NCBI RefSeq assembly: GCF_001447785.1
Contig: NW_015169795.1
Location: 593,327-657,326 of the forward strand
Source: Gekko japonicus
Taxonomy: Eukaryota
Reading direction: 5' to 3'
DNA: 64,000 nucleotides
Shown: one piece after another, positions 1 through 12,898 of the stretch
Layout: the number at the start of each line of letters is the position of its first letter
Position numbering within the stretch: the first letter of the stretch is position 1
The notes under the pieces: model-generated
What the model was told of the DNA's origin: nothing
Databases searched by the model: none
Seen by the model: only the letters and a program-made list of their open reading frames with translations
Program-made: the position numbers and the translations under genes

Positions 1-859
1 GATAGAAGTGTAATAATAATTTACTCATTGTTGCAAGAGCCAATAAGATTTGAGTTTGATGGGGATTGGGCAAATTGATCTAAGGAACTGAAAGAGTATT
101 AGCAAGCTCAGTGGTTAAGGATTTGAATAGAGCTCTTTATAGTCCAATCCTGAGGACACTTCCCTGGGAGTAAGCCCCCTTGGATAGACCTCAGTAGGAT
201 GTCTCTGTTAGACTGATGAGGAATTGTTATAGGAAGGGGATAAACAATTAAAGTATATGAGAGTCTGAAAATGTAATACAAGTTTCTGTGGAGTGCCTCC
301 CCTATTGTATCACACAGACCTTGCAATAGCATTGTAGCTAACCCCACCTAAGAAACTTCTATGCTGTTTCTATAATTTCTAAAATGTACTTCACACCAAC
401 TGTGCATCTCCATTCCTTTCTAATTCCTCTCAACTATGTACAGCTTTCTATTTCGTGCTTCATTTGGACCGCTTTGCTTTCTCAGGTCCTAGACTCCTTC
501 TTTTCTATAACCATGGATCTACATCCCCTTTTTCAACTCTCTAAAGTCAGAGCAGTTTGGCCAGTGGCAACCCTCTGCCTGTCCAGGAAGTTCAACTAAA
601 TACCACTAAAGGTTTTGTCTCCACTGCTACATCACTTAATGCATCACAATATAGGTTAATGTTCATGCTATAATTTATGATGCTTTAGTTTGGGAGATCT
701 GTTTTCTTAGTCATATCAGTTGGTGCTATTTTCCCCCTGTAAATTCCTCTTCCATCCCAATGGACTCTGCTGCTCACATGTTGTCTGTCAATCCCCTCTT
801 TATCCCACCCTTCCTCCAGTCTCCCTTCCCTTATATTGACCTCACAACAATGGCAATAT

Positions 860-950
860 CACCCAGCCTGATGAAGGGAGCTTTGACTCTTGGAAACTTA
901 TTCCCTAAAACTCTTGTTGGTCTCTAATCTGCTACTTGACTCAAATATAA
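860..950 (+). mobile_element. Penelope-like terminal repeat remnant with decayed hammerhead motif
   Basis: CTGATGA-AGGGAG..CTCTT-GGAAA followed by the ttgttggtct..tgctac tail shared with other copies. Confidence 0.55.
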
Positions 951-1413
951 CTGTCCCAGTAAGTGTCATGCAAAATGTAGATCTGAACATGGGTCTCCTC
1001 AATCCATACTGGTCTTCATGCCATTGGTCCATCTACTTCAGCATTGTCTGCTCTGATCCAGGTGATCGCTAGAGATTCACACAGAGAAAGATCCTTTCCA
1101 ACACCTGTTTTCTTAGACCTTCTCGGTTTAAACCTTTACCCTTTGGCACACAAAGCATGATTTCTCTACCATCAGTCCATCAGTGAAAACCTGTCACGAA
1201 AAAGTGTTCTCCCTATCTTGAGACCTAGGATACTTCTGGTTCTAAATAAACTTTCTTCTTGCCATCCATTTTTATGAACAATGTCGTTCAACTGCCTTAT
1301 ACTGAATCATACCCTTGTCTACTCAGACTGGCTGTGGTGGTACAGGATCTCAGGCTGAGGTCTTTCACATCACCTAAACTTGATCATTTTACCTGGAGAT
1401 GCCAGGGATTGAA

Positions 1414-1711
1414 CCAGTTTGGTGTAGTATTTAAGTGCGCGGACTCTAATCTGGGAGAACCGGGTTTTATTCCCCGCTCCTCCACTTGCACCTACTGGAT
1501 GACCTTGGGCAAGCCATAGTTCTGGCACAGCTGTTCTTGAAAAAGAGCAGTTTCTGTCAGAGCTCTCTCAGCCCCACCTAGCTCACAGGATGTCTGTTGT
1601 GGGGAGGGGAAGGGGAAGGAGTTTATAAGCCGCTCTGAGACTCCCTTGGGTAGTGAAGGGTGGGGTATAAATCCAATCTCCATCTTCTTCTTCGCCTTCT
1701 TCGTCTTCTTT
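1414..1711 (+). mobile_element. tRNA-derived SINE (Squam3-like), inserted into an older minus-strand SINE (1290-1413 and 1712-1752)
   Basis: A box TGGTGTAGTATT, B-box-like region, (CTT)n tail; homologous copies elsewhere in the window. Confidence 0.8.
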
Positions 1712-2251
1712 TTGCAAAGCAGAGGCTCTGCCACTGAGCCATGGCCCCTCCATCTTTCAGAGGCTGAATTTAAAAAATAAAATGCATGGTACCCTCCTGA
1801 GAACTTTGTGTTATCCCCTGTCCATTAGCACCAGCCTACTTTGAGAAACACTAGTAGTATTTTGTACAGGAATGAGACTGAAAAAGAAATTTGCAAGTGT
1901 TTGTGTCTTTGATAAGATTTACAGCAGAAGTTCAATTAAGAACATCTTGTTTATATAAAATGGCTCGATTTGTCTAAGACTAGGGTTTTTTTCTCCTCCT
2001 CCTTGACCCCTCCAAACAGGCTATCTTTCCAGCTCCCTATTCTGGCTACTTAATTCCTTGCACATCCTTTTTGTTTCTCTTCAGAAGTTCACAGTTGTCT
2101 CGTGTTCCCATGAGAGACACTAGAAATATGATCAATAATATTTGATATGCAGTTGTCTTCCAAATTCTAGGTTGTTTCTTTAAAGAAAGGTTTGAAGGGC
2201 AAACCATTGTGGTGGTAGAATCCAACCTCTGACAGCACTTCTGTTTTCCAG

Positions 2252-2367
2252 CTCTGGCCCCAGTCAGCCGTTTCCCACTAGACCACTCAGCGAGTCCCAG
2301 AATCGTTTGCTAGCCAATGAAAACCAGTGGCCAGAAGTCAGCTCGGAAGAAGAAAATGTTAAATCAG
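2252..2367 (+). CDS. ZDHHC20: ZDHHC20 palmitoyltransferase, penultimate coding exon
   Basis: ttttccag|...|gtattg boundaries; translates SGPSQPFPTRPLSESQNRLLANENQWPEVSSEEENVKS, matching the ZDHHC20 C-terminal tail (human SGSNQPFPIKPLSESKNRLLDSESQW...); synteny with MRPL57/SKA3/SAP18. Confidence 0.92.
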
Positions 2368-2920
2368 GTATTGAATGTTAATTTTGTCGTAATACAAAGA
2401 GTCCAACCATCTGGATTCCACAGAACATGCAAGAACTCTTGCACAAGCAGAAACACGAGAGTAATCACTAGGGATGGGCATGAACCAGAAAAATGCGGTC
2501 CGTGGCCAAACCATGAACTGAATCGAACTGGGAGGTTCATTCACGAACCGAACTGGTTTGTGGCTCTGCAAATCCCATTGAAAGGGACCGCAGTCCCTTT
2601 AAATGGGGTTTGTGGAAAGCTCAAAAAACATCTGAGTGCCAGGGAGCGACCTGGTGCCAAACTGAAAAAAAATCTCTACTTGCTCTCACGATAGGTCTTG
2701 CACTAACAGAACTGCATTAAGTAAAACTTCTCTTCCAATATCACATGGTGGCATCCAACCCAGTGTTCTGATTTTATTTTTAATCCTTGTAAAGATTTAG
2801 TCTTAGACGGGGGGCGGGGGAATCTTATATAAAGTAATGTAAGCAAAGAACTCAAGTGTTTTCACTCGTTTACCATGTAACTTGTGCCTTATACTGTTGT
2901 CCTTCTGTATTTTGGTGTAG

Positions 2921-2958
2921 ATGTTAAAAAGCATATTATAGTTACATTGGAAAGCTGA
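2921..2958 (+). CDS. ZDHHC20: ZDHHC20 last coding exon (exon continues as UTR to donor after 3001)
   Basis: Acceptor ...tttggtgtag, phase compatible; DVKKHIIVTLES* aligns residue for residue in length with human GTNNHVTVAIEN*; TGA 2956-2958; donor g|gtaagg at 3001/3002. Confidence 0.8.
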
Positions 2959-4254
2959 TCTTGGTTTCCATATCCAGCCCTCATAAGAAGAGGAAAGAAT
3001 GGTAAGGTACACAAAATAATTTCTGCTTGGAAATAATAATTCATTGTAGCCTAACAAATAAATAAAATTGTCTTGAGCACAGTGAGCACATCACTGAGCA
3101 CTTTAACTTTGATAAAATGGTTGTTTTTATGTGTTTAAATGTTTTATATTTGGCACATGGGGCCCTTGTTTGTTAGCCGCCCTGAGCCCGTTCGCGGGGA
3201 GGGCGGGATAAAAATATAATAAATAAATAAATAAATAAAATTGAGTGGAAAAAAAATTATAGGGTAGAAGCATGATTAAGCAATAGAGGTGGGCAAGAAT
3301 ATTGCCCTCTGCCTGCTATTTTTCTTAGACTGGCTAAAATGCAGTTCAGACTTATTTCCAGTCTGTACTTTGGCTTAGATGAATAAGCCTTGGGTTTCCA
3401 TCCTTCTTCCCCTCACACACCACATTCCCTCCCTTCCTGTTTTACAGCATGATATTTTTCCATTCCATCTGAACCAGCAAACACCAGTTTCCAAGTGACC
3501 CCAATCCAGAATTGCAAACCATGGTCCGATCATATTGCAAAAGTCAAGTACAGCCCATAGTTTTCCAGTTCTGAAAAGGGAAAGAATTCGTGTATGGGAC
3601 TGGGAGGAAGAGAAGTGAATGTGCAGGCTACCTGAGGCTCATTCATGTAATACCAGACCAAAGGTTAGCGATGCACATGAAACAATAGCTGCTGTTTGCT
3701 TTCACCACAGGGACCGAGACGTGGAGCTTCTTTTTACAGCTAGAGCTCCACCTGAAGTACCTTTGTGCCCAGTGCTTCTTCCTTAACATGGAGTAGCCAC
3801 TATCAGCCTCCATGCAGCTGGGATTAGGGAAAAGAATTTCCACTTTTATTCACTCTTGACAAATCAACTGTTAGCGATAGAGCTGTCACGTAAGCAGATT
3901 TAAAGCAGTAGACAGTGGACTGCAGCAAGGAACATTCAAGAATACAAGACTGAACTGTTCTCAGATGACACTCACGGAACATAAACAGCTTCCATCTGGA
4001 TAGAAATTAGTTTCTTATGCAATTTCTAGCTTGCCAGGCAGAGGCTGCATGGGTGGAAAGAAAATGGTGGCACAAGACGGTGCGTCCTTCAGTATTTTCT
4101 ACAGTCCTTCCTTTAACATGGGCAGCAGGTCATAGAATGATACTTGCCTAGGTTTGCATGCAATGTAGGTAGCTTGGACTTGTCTGCTTTCTCATCTCTC
4201 TGTATATTCATCCAATATTACACTTAAACCAATTTTAACTTTTCTTCCTAATAG

Positions 4255-7200
4255 GTTTCTACAATACATTTGTGCTTGGATATTACTTAATTTTGTATGG
4301 AAGACACTGATATATCAATAGAACAGTGCAAGCATGTTAACAGGATATGAAAAATGAAATCCATGTACGGTGTACAATGGATGCTCATAAGCACTACTAC
4401 AGAGCGGGAAGTTTGACTGATGCCTTAAGATTCTCGATGTGCATTTCGCAACATGGACAAGCCGCTACCAAAGGGCCAAATCCTGAAATGCCCTGAAAGG
4501 GTGCGCAAGACTCAATATGCAGAAACTATGCATTCCAGCTGTATTGCAATGGAGGGGACTAATTCTGCAAAAATCATGTGGAAGACGGTGCTGTGCCAGT
4601 GTTATGCAGAAGTTATTTTCATAGCAGTTCTCGGGGGGGGGGGGATGTCCAGTATACCAACATGGAACATGGCCATTAAACCTGCCCAGGGCAACTATGT
4701 GTGATCCAGATACCACCTGGTGGACTAGTGGCATGGTGCGGTTTTACTTCCTTCATCACCATTATCAACTAATGAGAGGAACTGGTAAGTGTCACTAAGA
4801 AGCCCACTGAAGATCCTGGCTTTTTAGTCCACTCTAATATTAAAGTCCTCTTCCTTCAGACTTCCTTTTTTCCAATATAATACATAATCAAACGAGCAAG
4901 GTTAATCAATTGCTTGTTTGTTTTCAGAATTTAGGCCCACTGTCAGTCCGGAGAATGAGTTCCCTCATTTTTCATTTGTCTTTTTTTAAAAAGCCAATAT
5001 TTTAATTTCTTCACTGTTTGGTCTAAGCCGTGTAATTCATAACCCCGTGTAGGCATGTTTACCTGAATGTTTTTACCAGGTCTTCCTGACTGTTAGTCCT
5101 AAAATACAAATCCCATCTAAAGCTAGTAGGTAGCATGTTCTTAGATTTCTTTCAGGCCAAGTCCAGAGACCACACGCTTATTTCCTTTAAGAGAAGGGAA
5201 GCATGTTTATAGTATCCGATGTAGAAATAGATTCCACAAGGATCTTTCCCAGGAGTATTACTCAGATATGGTAGAGAAGGAGACACGGAAGGGAAAAGGA
5301 TTATCTCACACTTGAATGCAGCCGCTTTGCTTCCTAGGATTCTAAGGCCTTTCCAACAATCTCATTGATTCTAGGTCCTTCTGACCTTGGGCACAAATCC
5401 TTATCTGAGCAAGTAATGTAATGTAACAGGAATGTAATCATGATGATCAGTTCACTAAGGGCACTGAGATATTAGAAGCATGACTGCTGGGGTGGGGGAG
5501 GGCAGGGGAGATACCTTTTTAGATAGTTATCTAGATATCCTGTCTTGAGGACTCTATATACCTCATGAATTAATTTTAAAATGTACAAAATTCAATTCTG
5601 GATGTAACAAGATAACTTATTTAATCTCTGTGAATACAGCCACCAAAAAGCCAAACCAAATAGATTTGCCAGAAGGAGCAGTATTGGGAACTTTTGTCTT
5701 ACATATCACCATTCTAAGATCCCCCCCCCCCAATGAAGGTGCTTCTTGGTTAATCCTAAAGATCACAGGAGAGCATGGGAGTGGAAAGGGCAACAGTCCA
5801 TTAAGGAAGGCAGCTTAGTTCAAAACTATGGTGTGAACTGTGTCTGGAACTGTGGTGTGAACTGTGTCTGGAAACAGGAAGCTAGTACAGATAGTGAAGT
5901 GTGAGTGTAACAGGCTTGCAACAAGCCATCTGTTTGTTTCACTCCCGAGCTCACTTCAGATGTCAGGACAAGCTGCAGTTAAACTGTGATCAGTCACAAC
6001 CAGTTTATTCCTTTATTCACATGCATTCTTCCCACCTCCTCTACTGTACGAAGTTTGACCAAACTGATACAAGCAGGTGATAGAAGCAGGATTTGTATGG
6101 AGTGAACAAATTCCAATTCAACAAGATTCCTGCAATTTTGATGTCCCAAGTGAACTGGAGCTTGATCAGGCCAGAAAGGTAAACTCCCATGCACTAGAGG
6201 TAAGAGGAGTGAGGGGCACACACAAACACAGAAACAAACCTGTGTTAGTGTCCAGTCGGAGGTTAGCCTGTGATTTCACAGCTACCTTATAGTCTTCTGA
6301 GCCAACTCCATACAGAGTATGAATATGCAGATTTCAAGTGTGGAATACATAAGTCATCAGATTCACATCTACCAGCCAAAATGGGGGGGGGAACCTTGTG
6401 TACATTATTTCTACTTGAAAAATCATAGTAATAGTGATAGATTTAGGCGTGTGCCAAGGCCTTCATCTTATGGGACAACCTACTTCTGCCTCTCCTTTGC
6501 CCCTTTCAAAGTTGCTAGCCATGTAGGCTATTTAGTTTTAGCTTCCTTTCCACCACCACCACCCCAGAATTTTGCTGTTTCTGCTCAGATAAAACTGGAA
6601 AAGAAACAATTTGACTTTCTTTTATGATTTAATTGTAACATTTGTACCAATACCAAAATGAAAAGGCATTGCAGTGATGAAAATGTAAAAGGTATTCACA
6701 AAACCGGGGGTATAAAGATAAGATTCAGCTTGCTGTTCCTGTTGGATCCTCATAGACTCTAATGAGCTGCAGGACCTCAGCCAGGTCAAAAATGTGGCCT
6801 GCTGAGAGTGCATCTCCAAAGGTCATATATCGTAACAGAAGGAAAGACAACGTGGACCTCTGCCGTAAGCTGGGTCTTTCTTTACTACTGTAACTCATTT
6901 CCATTCCCATCCTTAAGCAATCTCGTTAGAGAGCAGCTCAGCAGCCTTGAAGCCTAACTTCACAATCATGTAAGAATGATCCTTCCAATTGATTCTTTGT
7001 CGTACATCATCAGAATCCAACACAGCAGTGCTCTGGGTAAACAAGGAGCAATTGTTTTGCACTGAAATCTGCAAATGCAAGTAGTAGTCACGTGGCACCT
7101 TTATGCTAACAACGTCTTAGTGAGCCAGCTTTGTCAGATGCCTGAAGTAGGCGGTTTCCTAAAAAGCTGTGCCCCAAGACTATTTGTTGTTTTTTGCACC

Positions 7201-10070
7201 AGACTAGCTGTCCCTCCAAATCTGCAAGGAAATTGGCTGCTTAGCAGTCCTCCTAGTTGCTTTCATTATAGGTTTCTGCAGCTGTATCCACCCTGACATT
7301 TTTATTTTTCCTTCAACTTGGCATAACTATACACTGGCAGTCTCTTAATGGCCCCTCCCCAAACCACATAAAAATCAGTATGCTTTGTCAGTCCTCTTAC
7401 TCAATATGATTTAGTTATATTGAAAATAGCTCTAAATTGACTTAAGGGCATATACACCAATTCTTGAGTGACTTCTAGTTCACGATCAGCATTCAGTTGT
7501 TCAGCATGTGGTTTAGCTTACAACAAATTGCTTACACCTCTGAAGCTTCAGCTAGCAGTTTAGAAGGCCTGAGGGTGACTGTGCATCATCCGGATGGTAT
7601 TGGCAGAAACATAAAATAGGATTTAAATTTGGAAGACAAAATTCTGATATCAAATTCTCTGGTGTGTAATTATTTTGTTTTATTAAACTCTTACAAATTA
7701 AAAACCTAGATGGAAAAGGGGAAATCTGGCCCCCTTTCCAAACCTTAACCAATGCAGCATTTATATGAAATTCCATTTTTGCATGATGTAAAATAGCATT
7801 TTTTCACAATTTTACCGTAAAATGAGAGAGGAGCCTTGGTGACCTATCAGACCTTGTGTCAAACCATGCAGGATGCAAAAGATCCCTGATTAGGCCTTCT
7901 CCTGGGTTAGGCCCAGGACTGCTTTGAAGATAGAGTTGTCAATATGAGATATTTAACCCTTTCCTCCCATGCCTCTTAAATAATTGATGGATGGGCTGAC
8001 TGCTCTCAGTGCTGAAATTGACATCTGTCCTGTTGCTCAGGTACTAGGATTTGACCCCATTCCCTGCACAAAACAGCCAGTGCTTTGGCTTAAGTACAAT
8101 GAGGAAAGCTCTTACATGGCACATAAGCAACTTGCAGGTGCTTCTGTAGTCCATGTAACAACAGAGGTGATGAGGCTACTGCTGATTTCTAAAGTCCCAT
8201 CATAAGCCCTGCATAGTCATCTTGTACCATCTAGGAGCTGTAACAAAAGGATTGCCTCTGATATATAGTAGGGTGGAGCTGTCCTGCTCTGCCCTCTTTA
8301 AGAGTGCCTCAGCCTGTACTTCACCAGCTTCAAAGGGGACAGGATGGGACTAAGTAAATCTCGGGAGCCAAACTATACACTATGTCAACTACAGCAAATT
8401 TCTTTTTATGGTATCACATTGTTACATATGCAAGTTACATAAAATTAGTGGGTAACAGGGTTCTCTTTGTAATGTGTACATAGGATTAAAGGCCCATATT
8501 CACTTTTATGAATATTAGGTGTCCAGATTATCAGAATTATGCATTTCTCTCTTTTCAGTCCTGTTGGGGTCACTGAAAACTCCACTGTCAATGTTTAATA
8601 TTTTAGTTTGTTCTGCAGTCCTTAAACCACTATGAAAAGATTCCGTTAAAAATTAATGAAATTACCAGACTAATTGTGTATTAGATCAACAGTGGACTTT
8701 TAAAAAAGAGTACCTAAAATACTTATTGCATGGACATTTTGCCAGTCACCCTAAATGATACCAAAGAGTAGAATATAAAGTTTTGTTATACTGAAATACA
8801 CATTTACAGGCTTAACTTCAATGCTTTACCTTCAAAGCATTTTTCTGGTGAATGAGGCTAGTATCAACAGAGCAATTTGAGGATCATACAGTATATTTAC
8901 AAAACAGCCTGTTGTACACTTTATTTTATAGATGCCTCTAAAAATCCTTCTCCATACAGCAATTGTTAAACTGCATTTCTGTTGAAAGTATTGAGTTAGT
9001 CAAATGCCCAAGAGGCTCTTTATATGAGATACCAGCCAAAATGCACTAAATGAAGTTGTATCATAGCCACCTAACAATACATCCTCTGCATCAATGTAGA
9101 TGCCCAGTTTATTTCCCAGATATTATATTACTTGAATCTTGTAAATAGTAAGAAGAGTCTGACCATGTTTACAAAATTACTGAAGATCATTCAGCAAACA
9201 GTGAGATAAATGTACAGTAATGTTAACATGTTAAGATGTTGTCAGGATCCTCTTTGTTTTGACACCAAAGAGCTAGTAGCCTACACATTTTATATGGTTT
9301 GCGTTATGTTCCAATTCTGGGATTACACAAAGACTGGTCTCTAGTAAGTAGTTTAAGGATTGCAGCCTTTACCTTAATCCTAAATCTCTTTACTTGGAAG
9401 TCCATACAGTGGATTTTCATGTACATGTTTAAGGATTGCGGGTGTAGCAAACAGATAATCTAGTTTCATCACTTCCCCCAGTGTAAAATTCCATAACCAC
9501 AGAATGAACATCCCTGGTTTAATTTCTAGGACTGCTTCAACCTGCGTGTTTACCAGTGCACACATCAGATGCAATACATTGCACTGTATTTCTAGTAAGG
9601 TGTCTGCGAGTATTTTATTTAACTATCAGTATCCTAATTGTACTAAGTAAAGTTGCAAGTATTCAATTTAAATTGTGAGGTTAGAGGATACATAATGTGA
9701 ATAACATCTTTTTATGTTGCCTATAGGAATATTCCTATGCACAAAAACATTGCAATTAATAGTTTAATACTTCAAAGTGACTTTTTAAATGGGCTTTTAT
9801 AAATACACAAGTACACAGATCACTTTGCCTGAAACTTTCTTACTTTTAATTGTACCTTGTAATATCCTCATGTATGTTTTCCAGCAATGTAATAATTTTA
9901 GATCATGTTGAATATTTTGTAAATCAAAGTGCAGACTTCCATTCATATCTTAATTATGACTCATGACCAAGGGAAAATGCATAATCTTTAAGCCCTTCGT
10001 TGCCAAAGTGGTGATACATTAATGGATTATGACACAACGAATGCAAAAGAAACTAAATAAATACCTTAAA
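4255..10070 (+). other. ZDHHC20: Probable long terminal 3' UTR exon of ZDHHC20
   Basis: Acceptor tttcttcctaatag ending 4254; ~5.8 kb with no recognisable TE in an otherwise TE-dense window; AT-rich distal part with Pumilio-type TGTACATA (8475) and TGTAAATA (9140); AATAAA 10056-10061. End point is inferred. Confidence 0.45.
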
Positions 10071-10854
10071 TAAGTTCTTTGTAGTGTATTTCTCAATACT
10101 GGAAGTGGGAAAGATTTAAAAGGTTAATTGAAATAGCATAATGGGGAACCATGGGTTAGAGGGACATCGTGCAAAGAAATATTTTAAAATTTGGAACCTT
10201 GGGGTCTGCAAGCCCAACCTAAATAATAGCAACAGCCAGAAGGAAGACATGACAGCTGAAGGAACCATCACCATTATTGGAACGTATCTTCGACTCCCGT
10301 CCCATGAGTGGTGTGAATAGAGTAATATGGTGCGCCCTTGATAGGTGATCCTTCTAATTAAGTTGTTATCCATTGAAACCAGTAGGCACCCAGTATAAGA
10401 CAAAAGGAAGCGCCTGTCAAACCTCAACCAACCTACAAATGTGTTACAAGCTAACAACGGCTTTGAAAACTTAGACTATACAAAAGAATAGGTCCAGCAA
10501 AAGCTGGTAGCTACCACACCAAGTCATATACCAGATGCTGGGGATTAATAGGGATAGCCCTTATTCCTACACAGATGTGATGTCTCATGTTGTCTTTTGG
10601 TATCTCACCCACTAGATTGTAAAATCTTCGGAGCAGGAACCTGTTCTCCCCCCCCCCCTTCAAATGTTAGGACTACACTGGAAATTAGCAGTAATATGTA
10701 TTTTTAAAATGCCCAAATTGTAGTGCTCCCAATATATCTGGCTTCCAAACTGAATATTGAACTATGTGAGCCACTGGCAACTCATGTTCTTATTTTCACA
10801 ATTGAAGGAAAATGTTGACAAAGCTCAAGCAGTTGTTCAGTACAAACTATAAGA

Positions 10855-11590
10855 AGAGTTGGTTTTTATACCCCACTTTTCCCTAAGGAGTCTCCAAGCA
10901 ACTTAAGTCGCCTTCCCTTCTCCCCCCCCCCCCCAATTTCCCTATGAAGAAAGGTTAAAGCACTTGGGGCTCTTTAGCTTGGAGAAATGACGGTTAAGGG
11001 GTGACATGATCGAGGTTTGTAAGATTATGCATGGGATAAAGCAGGTAGAGAGAAATAAGTTCTTTTCTCCCTTTCTCACAATACAAGAACTCGTGGGCAC
11101 TCAGTGAAATTCCTGAGCAGTCAGGTTAGAACAGATAAAAGGAAGTACTACTTCACCCAAAGTGTGATTAACACATGGAATTCACTGCCACAGGAGGTGG
11201 TAGCGGCTAGAAGCATGGATAGCTTCAAGAGGGAATTAGAAAAACATATGGAGCAGAGATCCATCAGTGGCTATTAGCCACAAGGTATAGATAGGAACTC
11301 TGGGGCAAGTGATGATCTGTATTCTTGGTGCTTGGTGGGGACAACAGTGGGAGGGCTTCTAGTGTCCTAGCCCCACTGATGGACCTCCTGAGGGCACCTG
11401 GTATTTGTGGCCACTGTGTGACAGAATGCTGGACTGGATGGGCCACTGGCCTGATCCAACATTGGCTTCTCTTATGTTCTTATGACTGGCCCAAGGTCAC
11501 CCAGCTGGCTTCATGTGGAGGAGTGGGGAATCAAACTTGGTTCTCCAGATTAGAGTCCTCCACTCTTGGCCACTGCACCATGCTAGCTTA
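10855..11590. mobile_element. Minus-strand SINE interrupted by a plus-strand CR1 3' fragment (~10935-11483)
   Basis: CR1 part is the reverse complement of 25154-25700 and ends in (TTCTTATG)2; SINE halves on both sides. Confidence 0.85.
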
Positions 11591-12316
11591 CTAAGAGTGC
11601 TGGCCAAGGGGAGAAACTCACAATTGAAAATAAGGTATTCAGATGTTTAAAGACCTGAATACAACGTAAGAGCATTTAAGCATTTAAGTTAGAATGACCA
11701 TCCAAATCAAAATATTTTTAAGTCACTGTTTTTATGCAGCCGTTTAAAGACCTTGGAGAAAAACAGTAGGAAGTGGATAATTATTTAGTATTGTAGGAAT
11801 GTCAAATATTAAGGATAAGAACAATCAGAATATCGGGGAGTTTTCCTTCTTAGAATCTTTCCCAATAACCTTTATTCTCACCCACCCCAACTCCTAACAC
11901 ATGTGACCCAATATTACACAGAAGCTTCCTGTTTTACAAATAAACAGAGGGCCACATGGGTACATAATATGTGTACAACCAGACTTTGCTGTTTTATGGA
12001 TATTAAAGGGCTTGGGTCAGGTAGCTTGTGCAAATGCTTTGCTAGGGCAAGTGACTTCAACCTGGAATGTGGGGAAAAAATGCCCCAAAGGTGGGGGGCT
12101 GCATCACTTCCTTAACCTCCTATTCCAGTGTTTTTAGAGATCACCTGCTTTATGCAGTCCCCATTTTGTTGTTCAGAGAATGCCAACCTGACTACTTCTT
12201 CCATGGGAAGATATTCAGTAAGCATACTACTAAAGTTTTGGGAAGTAAAAAATGCATAACTTGACAAAAAGTATTCTTTTTTTGACAAAAAGTCCATAAT
12301 TTGACAAAAAGTATTC

Positions 12317-12440
12317 ATGCAACGAACATGAAATTAAGCAAACTCCAGAGAACGGCAGAAGACAGGAGGGCCAAGCGTGATGTGGTCCATGGGGTCGTGA
12401 AGAGTCAGACTCGACTGTGCAACTGAACAACGACAACAAT
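12317..12440 (+). mobile_element. BovB/RTE 3' end fragment
   Basis: gtccatggggtcgtgaagagtcagactcgactg...caacaa tail; homologous to 19460-19575. Confidence 0.8.
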
Positions 12441-12583
12441 TCTTCACAGTGTTGATTAAATAAGAGACTCATAATTAAAGAACAAATTATTTGTTAACAA
12501 GCTTTACTGTAACTGATTACTGTTGCTGGACATGGATATAAACAGTCCAACTGATCAGAGAACAGAGTTCAATAAACGGGTAT

Positions 12584-12898
12584 TTAAGAGCTTTCCCATT
12601 TCTTGGTCACATTAAGATGGTTGAGGTGTTCTGTGGCATACTTATGCTCAGGGAAATTAGATGTTAATGCCGCTCTCCTTGCTTCTCGGATTTCCTGCCA
12701 ACGCTCTTCATTATGGCGATACTCCTGCTCTCGAGTCATGTATGGCCGGCTCAGCCAATATTCATTTTCAGCTTCAATTTCCAACCTTTTAATCATCCTG
12801 AGCTTCATTCCCAAAGAAACAAACCTTGGCCGTCTGTGTTTGCCAATCCATTGTCTCCCAGGAATTCTGTTTCGAAGCAGCGCCACAGTGAGAAACAT
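12584..12898 (-). CDS. MRPL57: Mitochondrial ribosomal protein mL63 (MRPL57/MRP63), single coding exon, 104 aa
   Basis: [28 protein letters not shown]...[21 protein letters not shown]...HLNVTKKW matches MRPL57; true ATG at 12898, 2 nt downstream of acceptor cttttacttttaaag| (exon starts 12900). Confidence 0.97.
   Translation of the reverse strand: MFLTVALLRNRIPGRQWIGKHRRPRFVSLGMKLRMIKRLEIEAENEYWLSRPYMTREQEYRHNEERWQEIREARRAALTSNFPEHKYATEHLNHLNVTKKWESS

Noticed and set aside
1-600. Possible decayed LINE fragment on the minus strand
   Set aside because: Only faint motif similarity (NLYY); cannot be supported without a search
5994-7098. Stop-poor minus-strand frame (6622-7098, three internal stops) and a minus-strand acceptor with double AATAAA near 6004-6017
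   Set aside because: No protein family recognised and stop density is compatible with chance; a tBLASTx search would settle it
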